This document shows, one piece after another, positions 21,769 to 28,700 of a stretch of DNA of 64,000 nucleotides. The position numbers and the translations under genes were made by a program. Source of the DNA: Nostoc sp. DedSLP01 (lineage in GTDB: Bacteria; Cyanobacteriota; Cyanobacteriia; Cyanobacteriales; Nostocaceae); the NCBI GenBank assembly GCA_034530875.2, contig JAVRCJ020000003.1, forward strand, positions 64,001 to 128,000. Direction: 5' to 3'. Each line of letters begins with the position of its first letter. The stretch's first letter is position 1. A model generated the notes under the pieces. That model made no database searches and was not told the DNA's origin. It saw nothing but the letters and a program-made list of their open reading frames with translations.

Positions 21769-22737
21769 TTATTTTTTGACATTAAGACTTTGATTTTCAC
21801 CTTTATCCATTATCTTTGCTAATTTGAATTGTTCGCCCACGAATGTTAAAGAATCAGCTAAATGTTCGCGCCAATATTGCCAAGTATGACTGCCAGGAAA
21901 CTCCCGAAACAGATGGTAAATTTGGAGTTGTTCGAGTACTTTCTCAAATTGTTCGGCTTCTTGGATTTCTTCTGTATCTGACCTACCAGAATCGAGGTAG
22001 ATTCTCAATCTTTTTTGTGCTTGCAAAGGAATAGTTTTGATATAAATTATTGGGCTATTTTTAGGACCGCTTTTATCCTGAAAATAACCGCTATGACTAA
22101 ATAAAACTGAAAAATTATTTAGATTGTGTAATCCCACATTCACCGCACCCCAACCGCCAGAAGATAAACCACCTATTGCCCAAAAATCTGGGTTTTTTAT
22201 TGTACGATAACGGCTTTGGATAACTTTTACTAATTCATCTCCCACGGCTGTGGAGACATTACCGTTAGGGCCATCGATATATTCAGGGTCTCGGTAGGGA
22301 CTAGAGCCGCGTTTATCGTTACCATCTGGTGTAATAATTATGCTCGGCGGCAACTTACCTGTAATATAAAGTTGTTTGAGAGTTTTAAGAGCTTGTCCTT
22401 TATTTTCAATAAACCAATCTTTAGGATTGCCATGTCCGCCGTGGAGAAGAAAGATTACAGGATAGCTTTGTTTTGGATTTTGCTCGTAACCAGGGGGTAA
22501 AGAAACGCCGTAGGTACGACTTCCACTCATAACTTGACTATCGTAAGTTTCAATTTTATAGCTGAGGGGAGTAGCTAAGTCGCTATTATGAGGCTGCGAT
22601 GGAAAAAGCGAAGGCGTTGTTTGTAAGTTTTGCTGTTGCGGTGGGTTTGCTACGACACTTTGCGAGAAATGACAGCTAAATAGAGTTAATAGTGAAACTA
22701 GCAAGAAAATATTCGATTGTTTGTAGTTCATTTTCAA
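21769..22737 (-). CDS. Exported (lipo)protein esterase (PF00756-like), paralog of the adjacent gene
   Basis: Lipobox-like LFSC, YPVIFLLHG, GLSSGG and PGSHTWQYW. Confidence 0.85.
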   Translation of the reverse strand: MKMNYKQSNIFLLVSLLTLFSCHFSQSVVANPPQQQNLQTTPSLFPSQPHNSDLATPLSYKIETYDSQVMSGSRTYGVSLPPGYEQNPKQSYPVIFLLHGGHGNPKDWFIENKGQALKTLKQLYITGKLPPSIIITPDGNDKRGSSPYRDPEYIDGPNGNVSTAVGDELVKVIQSRYRTIKNPDFWAIGGLSSGGWGAVNVGLHNLNNFSVLFSHSGYFQDKSGPKNSPIIYIKTIPLQAQKRLRIYLDSGRSDTEEIQEAEQFEKVLEQLQIYHLFREFPGSHTWQYWREHLADSLTFVGEQFKLAKIMDKGENQSLNVKK

Positions 22738-22865
22738 AGAGCATTGAGTATTGGACAGTGAGCGCTAGCAATCAAAAGTTTACGCAAGTAATTTGTCAAT
22801 CTTGTGTCAAGACGATGGAAACTTTACGACTAGTTGTAAGTTAAAAATCAATAGTTAAGATAAGT

Positions 22866-23804
22866 TTGCTGGCGATGATGAAAAAGCTGCGACTTCATTT
22901 GAGTTCTTTGTTTGGCTTGCTGCTGCTGGTAATTTCTGTCTGGGCGATCGCTCGCGAATTGCATGACTATAATTATCGTGATATCCTCAACTCATTAGCG
23001 GCAATTCCCAAGAATCGCTTAAGCTGGGCAATTTGGCTGACAGCTTTGGGCTATCTAGTGATGATTGGCTATGATATTTTGGGTTTTAAATATATTAATC
23101 GTTCGCTAAGTTGGAACAAAATAGCTTTCACTAACTTTATTAGTTCTACATTTACCAATACGATTGGTTTTGCCTTGCTAACTGGCAGTGCTATCCGTTA
23201 TCGATTTTATGCTAATTGGGGAGTGTCAGCAGTAGCGATCGCTCAAGTGATTGCTTTTGCTAATTTTACTTTTTGGTTGGGAATGTTTGCCATTGCTGGA
23301 TTGATATTTATTACCAACCCTTTAACAATTCCCCCACAACTACATTTGCCTTTTGCAACAGTACGTCCCATCGGTGTAATTTTTTTGGTACTGATTGCTA
23401 TATATTTGCTGGGAAGTATTTTAATTAAAAAACCTGTAATCATTCTTCAGCATGAATTTCGCTTTCCTTCATTGCCAATATCCTTAGCTCAAATTGTGAT
23501 TTCTAGTCTTGACTGGATTATTGCTGCGGCAGTTCTTTTTGCAATGCTTCCTAGTAATATAACTTTGTCTTATCTCGATTTTTTAGGAATTTATTTACTA
23601 GCGATGTTTGCAGGGGTGGTGAGTAATGTTCCTGGTGGTTTGGGTGTTTTTGAAACTGTGATGTTGCTGCTTCTCTCATCAAAAATTTCGGCGGCGGTAG
23701 TTTTGGGTTCGCTGTTAGCTTATCGTGGGATATACTATTTTTTACCTTTGCTGGTTGCGGCAGGTTTGTTAGGAATATATGAAGTTAAATTTGGAAGAAA
23801 TTAG
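22866..23804 (+). CDS. Stand-alone MprF flippase-like domain (LPG_synthase_TM/UPF0104)
   Basis: GYD, GFALLTGSAIRYRFY, SNVPGGLGVFE and LLAYRGIYYFLPL motifs; about 8 TM helices. Confidence 0.88.
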   Translation: MLAMMKKLRLHLSSLFGLLLLVISVWAIARELHDYNYRDILNSLAAIPKNRLSWAIWLTALGYLVMIGYDILGFKYINRSLSWNKIAFTNFISSTFTNTIGFALLTGSAIRYRFYANWGVSAVAIAQVIAFANFTFWLGMFAIAGLIFITNPLTIPPQLHLPFATVRPIGVIFLVLIAIYLLGSILIKKPVIILQHEFRFPSLPISLAQIVISSLDWIIAAAVLFAMLPSNITLSYLDFLGIYLLAMFAGVVSNVPGGLGVFETVMLLLLSSKISAAVVLGSLLAYRGIYYFLPLLVAAGLLGIYEVKFGRN

Positions 23805-24014
23805 GTTTTTGAAACGCAAAGGTATGCAGAGGTTAGCGCAGAGGAACGCAGAGGATTTTAGCAATATCTTCATAAACTGCGGCGTAAATTCCTAAGTTTT
23901 GCTGAGGCAGTTGCCAGTTGAATTTTATAAGATTAGTAATAGTTATTTAGGATTTTTGATGATATTACAAGAGGTCATCAAAAATTTTGTTTTATCGATT
24001 GAAGAGAAAAAATA

Positions 24015-24404
24015 ATGAGAAATAAACTATTGTTTGGCGCCATATTTATGGCAACTTGGGTAGGAACATTAATCCCGAGTGCTTTTGCGGCTTCACCTTG
24101 TTCTGTGGGACAAAAAGCAGAGGTTTTTTGGAAAGATACATGGTATGCAGCAACAGTCTTAGAAGTGAATGACGATCGCTGCTATATTACCTACGATGGT
24201 TATGATAGTTCTTGGGATGAATGGGTTGATTCTTCACGCTTTCGGGTATCTTTTGAAGTTGGAGACGCAGTACAAATTCTCTGGAAAGGTAAATGGTATG
24301 CAGGGAAAATTTTAGATGTGAGTGACAATCTTTATAAAATTACTTATGACGGTTATGATAGCTCTTGGGATGAGTGGGTTGAACCTGCACGAGTAAGTAG
24401 ATAG
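24015..24404 (+). CDS. Secreted protein with tandem Tudor/Agenet-like repeats
   Basis: Signal peptide ending AFA. Two repeats of VG...V.WK..WY.A.VL.V....YITYDGYDSSWDEWV. Confidence 0.8.
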   Translation: MRNKLLFGAIFMATWVGTLIPSAFAASPCSVGQKAEVFWKDTWYAATVLEVNDDRCYITYDGYDSSWDEWVDSSRFRVSFEVGDAVQILWKGKWYAGKILDVSDNLYKITYDGYDSSWDEWVEPARVSR

Positions 24405-24428
24405 CTAATATTTTAGTTTTATAAGTTC

Positions 24429-24472
24429 AAAGGGACGATTTCATTTGTAGAAGTCGTCCCTTCAATTTTTTT
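24429..24472 (+). terminator. Intrinsic terminator
   Basis: AAGGGACGATTTC-loop-GAAGTCGTCCCTT followed by a T run. Confidence 0.6.
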
Positions 24473-24552
24473 ATAATTTTTTCTATTATTACTTGTTTAG
24501 AGGCTGGTAGACTGAGAACCATAAATAAAATTCCGTATATTTTGGCGAATTT

Positions 24553-24930
24553 ATGGAGCCAGTATCACTAACAGCAGGTGCGATCGCAACCTTGGTCATC
24601 ATCAAAGCTTTTGAAAAAACTGGTGAAATCATCGGCGAAAAGGCTTGGCAGGAAGGTGAAAAGTTATTTTTACTCCTAAAGCGCAAACAACCCAATACGG
24701 CAAGTGCCATTGAACAGGCTCAAACACAACCTTTAAATTATGGTCAGGCTTATCTGATTGGACAGCAAGTAGAGGAAGCAGCAAAGAAAGATCCTGAAAT
24801 TGCTCAAGCGGTGGCAGCTGTAGCCAATGAGGCACAACCTCAACTGACGAACACTATTATTGAAAATTGGCAGGGGATAAACATTAAAGGTGGAACTAAT
24901 ACTATTTCTGGCAATACCTTTAACTTCTGA
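24553..24930 (+). CDS. Small helical protein (Bell/HeLL-like candidate) with N/G/T-rich C-terminal tail, in frame with the downstream NB-ARC ORF
   Basis: Hydrophobic N-terminal helix MEPVSLTAGAIATLVIIKAFEK; tail ENWQGINIKGGTNTISGNTFNF*. Confidence 0.75.
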   Translation: MEPVSLTAGAIATLVIIKAFEKTGEIIGEKAWQEGEKLFLLLKRKQPNTASAIEQAQTQPLNYGQAYLIGQQVEEAAKKDPEIAQAVAAVANEAQPQLTNTIIENWQGINIKGGTNTISGNTFNF

Positions 24931-26703
24931 CTACAGTCGCCCGAACAGGAACGGGTAAAGTCAAATCCTTCTACTGAAATACCGCAAAATTTGCCCCTGA
25001 GTGGGGTGGTGGAATTTATCGGACGCGAAGAAGAATTGCAAAATCTCCACCAACTTTTGCAGGATAATAAACAAGTAGCTATAGCCGCTATTGCGGGGAT
25101 GGGTGGAGTTGGTAAAACAGAACTCGCCTTGCAATATGCCATCCAGCAACGCGAGACTTACAAAGGTGGGCTTTGCTGGTTGTTACCGAAAATTGGGGAT
25201 GTGGGCATTCAAGTTGTGCAGTTTGCCAGAACGCAGCTTGACTTAAACCCGCCAAAAGATTTTGATTTACTCGCTCAAGTGCAATACTGCTGGCGGCGTT
25301 GGCGTGGTGGTGAGGTGCTGCTAGTGTTGGATGATGTCAGCGACTACGAGGAAGTTAAGCCTTACTTCCAGTCGCTACCTTCTCGGTTTAAAGTGTTGAT
25401 GACTACGCGCCAGAAGTTGGGACGCATCGCACAGTTATCTTTGGATGTGCTGCAACCAGAGGCGGCGCTGGAGTTATTAAGGTCTTTACTCAAGGAAACA
25501 CCAGAGCGAATTGAGCGAGAATTAGCTTTAGCAAATCAGTTGTGTGAGTGGCTGGGATATTTGCCTTTGGGTGTGGAATTAGTGGGGCGCTATCTGGCGC
25601 GGAAACAGGATTTATCTCTAGCAGAAATGTTGCGACGGTTGCAGAACAAGCGATTAGATGAGCGTTCCCTGTCTAAATCTAAGTCGGAAGCCGACATGAC
25701 AGCACAACGAGGTGTGTTAGCAGCCTTTGAGTTGAGTTGGCAAGAATTAGAAGACGACGATAAGCAATTGGGTTGTTTATTGAGTTTATTTGCTGCTGCA
25801 CCCATACCTTGGAAGTTGGTGGAACAGTGTTTACCAGATGAAGATGCTGAAGATTTAGAAAAAATTAGAGATGATAGTCTGCTGACTTTGCATTTACTCC
25901 AGCGCAAAAGTAAGGGAGTTTACCAACTGCATCCACTGTTGCGGGAGTTTTTCCAATATAAGCTTACAGGTTTAGAACAGGCAGAGGAATTTAAGCGATC
26001 GCTTTGTCGAGTAATGGTAACAGTTGCTAAGAAGATTCCTCAAGACCCCACCCTTGAGCAAATTAAAGATTTCACCCTGGCAATACCTCATTTAGCAGAA
26101 GTAGCTAACAATCTTATTCAATATGTGAGTGATGATGATTTAATTTGGGCATTCGTTGGTAATGCTCGATTTTACAATGGTCAGGGATTGTATGACAAAG
26201 CAGCACCTTGGTTGAAGCAGTGTCTAGAAGTTATCAAAAAACGCTTGGGAGAAGAACATCCATCTGTCGCCACTAGCCTCAACAACCTAGCAGAACTCTA
26301 CCGTTCCCAAGGCAGATACAGCGAAGCCGAACCCCTTTACATCCAAGCTTTGGCACTTAAGCGCAAGCTGCTGGGAGAAGAACATCCAGATGTTGCACTT
26401 AGCCTCAACAACCTAGCAGCACTCTACGACTCCCAAGGCAGATATAGCGAAGCCGAACCCCTTTACATCCAAGCTTTGGCACTTAGGCGCAAGCTGCTGG
26501 GAGAAGAACATCCAGATGTTGCACTTAGCCTCAACAACCTAGCAGCACTCTACTACTCCCAAGGCAGATACAGCGAAGCTGAACCCCTTTACATCCAGGC
26601 GTTAGATATTTTTGAGCAACGGTTAGGTGCAAATCATCCTAATACTATTACTGTGCGTCAAAATTTAGCATATTTGCGCGATCGCCTCTCCTCAGAACAG
26701 TAA
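24931..26703 (+). CDS. NB-ARC (STAND) NTPase with C-terminal TPR repeats (bacterial NLR); start uncertain, open frame begins right after the TGA at 24928-24930
   Basis: PQNLP...FIGRE, Walker A GMGGVGKT, Walker B LLVLDDV, MTTR, GYLPL, LHPLLR, and 42-aa TPRs LGEEHPDVALSLNNLA. Confidence 0.9.
   Translation, partial: LQSPEQERVKSNPSTEIPQNLPLSGVVEFIGREEELQNLHQLLQDNKQVAIAAIAGMGGVGKTELALQYAIQQRETYKGGLCWLLPKIGDVGIQVVQFARTQLDLNPPKDFDLLAQVQYCWRRWRGGEVLLVLDDVSDYEEVKPYFQSLPSRFKVLMTTRQKLGRIAQLSLDVLQPEAALELLRSLLKETPERIERELALANQLCEWLGYLPLGVELVGRYLARKQDLSLAEMLRRLQNKRLDERSLSKSKSEADMTAQRGVLAAFELSWQELEDDDKQLGCLLSLFAAAPIPWKLVEQCLPDEDAEDLEKIRDDSLLTLHLLQRKSKGVYQLHPLLREFFQYKLTGLEQAEEFKRSLCRVMVTVAKKIPQDPTLEQIKDFTLAIPHLAEVANNLIQYVSDDDLIWAFVGNARFYNGQGLYDKAAPWLKQCLEVIKKRLGEEHPSVATSLNNLAELYRSQGRYSEAEPLYIQALALKRKLLGEEHPDVALSLNNLAALYDSQGRYSEAEPLYIQALALRRKLLGEEHPDVALSLNNLAALYYSQGRYSEAEPLYIQALDIFEQRLGANHPNTITVRQNLAYLRDRLSSEQ
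26245..26622 (+). repeat. Three near-identical 126-bp TPR-coding units
   Basis: Units begin at 26245, 26371 and 26497 ([T/C]TGGGAGAAGAACATCCA). Confidence 0.9.
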
Positions 26704-26752
26704 AATTTAAGTTCTCAACTTCATCAATCAAGGTTTTTTCTCCAACGTTCGT

Positions 26753-26950
26753 GTTTTGAACTCAAAGTTTCCTGTTCCAAACGAGAACGTTCCCGTTTCA
26801 AGTGAGAATGTTCTTGTTCTAAACGAGAACATTCCTGTTTCAAGTGAGAATTTTCTTGTTCTAAACGAGAACGTTCCTGTTTCAAGTAAGAATGTTCTTG
26901 TTTCAAACGAGAACGTTTCTGTTTCAAGTGACAACGTTTCAGTTTCGAGC
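26753..26950. repeat. 21-bp tandem repeat with alternating 42-bp higher-order unit, about 9 copies
   Basis: Alternating GTTCTAAACGAGAACGTTCCT and GTTTCAAGTGAGAATGTTCTT units, with no unique spacers. Confidence 0.9.
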
Positions 26951-27025
26951 TAGTCGTTTCGCGTTCTGACGTGGAATGATGGTGTTGTAAAGGCGATCGC
27001 TCTACTTTAAAGTGTAAATCAACTG

Positions 27026-27115
27026 GCGATGTCTCTGACGGGCTACGCCTACGCTTTGATGTGATTATGAATAATGGAAAGCGTAGACGCATAGCGGCTT
27101 GTCGTCAGACATCGC
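27026..27115. repeat. Two SDR1-like small repeats inserted in HIP1 sites (further copies at 27894-27922, 41609-41638, 41714-41743)
   Basis: GCGATGTCTCTGACGGGCTACGCCTACGC is GCGAT...CGC split by an insert; a reverse-orientation copy ends GACATCGC. Confidence 0.65.
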
Positions 27116-27148
27116 TTTTCTTGAGATAAAGTTGTAAAAAAAAGCTAT

Positions 27149-27589
27149 ATGACCAGGGTTTATCTAGATACCAGTATTTATAATCGTCCGTTCGATGACC
27201 AAACACAGCCAAAAATATTTCTAGAAACACAAGCTATTATCATAATTTTACAAATGGTGGAGGCCAGATTAATAGAATTAGTTAGTTCTTCAGTTCTAGA
27301 ATATGAAAATAGTCGTAACCCTTTTGTGGTAAATCAGCAATCGATGGAGCGATATTTACAAATAGCTGTCTTGAAAGTATTAGTAGATGAAAATATTAGA
27401 GGTAGAGCAGAAGAACTAGAGCAACAAGGAATTAAACCTATCGATGCACTTCATGTAGCGTGTGCAGAAGCTTCCCAAAGTAATTATTTTATTACTTGCG
27501 ATCGCAGATTAATCAACCGCTGCCAAGATTTATCACTTTTGGTAATCAACCCAACTAATTTTATTCTAGAGGTAGACAATGGAAATTAA
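27149..27589 (+). CDS. PIN-domain (VapC-like) toxin
   Basis: VYLDTS..NRPFDDQ, E, DALHVACA and FITCD motifs. Confidence 0.9.
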   Translation: MTRVYLDTSIYNRPFDDQTQPKIFLETQAIIIILQMVEARLIELVSSSVLEYENSRNPFVVNQQSMERYLQIAVLKVLVDENIRGRAEELEQQGIKPIDALHVACAEASQSNYFITCDRRLINRCQDLSLLVINPTNFILEVDNGN

Positions 27590-27803
27590 AGTGATTAACG
27601 AACAAGAAAATTTACAAGAAGTTATGCAGGTTTTACTCACTCATTTAGAACCATCGAAGGTAATGAAATTTTGGGCTGCTTGTAAACTTAGTGAAGGCGA
27701 CTATTTGCAAGTTAAAGAAAAACTATTTGCTCAAGAAACAGTTAGCAGCTTATATGCCAAAATCAAAGAATATCAAGATGATAGTAAACGCGAAGTCTCT
27801 TGA
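27579..27803 (+). CDS. Putative antitoxin
   Basis: 74-aa ORF overlapping the PIN gene end by 11 nt; contains GDY. Confidence 0.65.
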   Translation: MEIKVINEQENLQEVMQVLLTHLEPSKVMKFWAACKLSEGDYLQVKEKLFAQETVSSLYAKIKEYQDDSKREVS

Positions 27804-28007
27804 CTCGCCCATGCAGCGTCTACGCTCTATTTTAAAGGGTAAATCAACTGGCGATCGCTCTTAGATTATAGATAAAAAATATAAACGCGATGTGCGTAGG
27901 CGTAGCCCGTCGTAGACATCGCTTATCTATTACACATCTGGTAAAACGAATGTAGAGACGTAGCAGTGCTACGTCTCTACAATATTTGTCTATAACGCAT
28001 TCAAATT

Positions 28008-28586
28008 ATGATAGCCTCCCCCAAACAAAACTACCTTACCCCTGAAGAATACCTCCAACTGGAGGAACAAAATTCTGTTAAACATGAATACATCAACGGC
28101 TACATCTATGCAATGGCTGGCGCACTCGATCCACACGTTACCATTGCTGGAAACCTGTTTGCTCTCCTCCGCGATCGTGTGCGCGGTTCTGGTTGTCGTG
28201 TGTACATCGCCGATATGAAAGCCCGAATTGAATCTCTAAATCGCTTTTATTATCCCGATGTCATGGTTACTTGCGACTCACGAGACCAAGAAACACCAGC
28301 GTATAAAAGATTTCCTTGTTTAATTGTCGAAGTTTTATCCAATTCTACCGAAGCCTTTGACCGAGGCGACAAGTTCGCTGATTATCAAGCACTGGAAAGT
28401 CTGCAAGAGTATGTTTTAATTAATACAAAACGTCAGCGAGTTGAGTGTTTTCGCCGCAACGATGAGGGATTGTGGGTTTTGCAATCTTACACAGCAGAAG
28501 ATAAATCATTTCGGCTCAACAGTATCGATTTTCAAGAAACAATGACAGCACTCTACGAAGATGTGGTTTTTGAACGATCGCAATGA
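28008..28586 (+). CDS. Uma2 family (DUF820) endonuclease-like protein
   Basis: KHEYING, YYPDVMV, LIVEVLSNST..DRGDK and EYVLI motifs. Confidence 0.92.
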   Translation: MIASPKQNYLTPEEYLQLEEQNSVKHEYINGYIYAMAGALDPHVTIAGNLFALLRDRVRGSGCRVYIADMKARIESLNRFYYPDVMVTCDSRDQETPAYKRFPCLIVEVLSNSTEAFDRGDKFADYQALESLQEYVLINTKRQRVECFRRNDEGLWVLQSYTAEDKSFRLNSIDFQETMTALYEDVVFERSQ

Positions 28587-28700
28587 TGATTGGGTATGCT
28601 ACACAATGTTTAGTAAACTAAATATCTATTAAAAGCTTTAAGGCTTCCTAACCCGGCGGAGGCATTGAGCAAAACGGACACAATTAATTGACTCAAAGTT

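Noticed and set aside
24928..24960. Selenocysteine codon with SECIS
   Set aside because: The position is a linker rather than a redox Cys site and the downstream stem is only 5 bp; generic readthrough or a nonsense mutation is more plausible.
26753..26950. CRISPR array (units start GTTTC/GTTC)
   Set aside because: Units are contiguous with no unique spacers, and there are no cas genes in the window.
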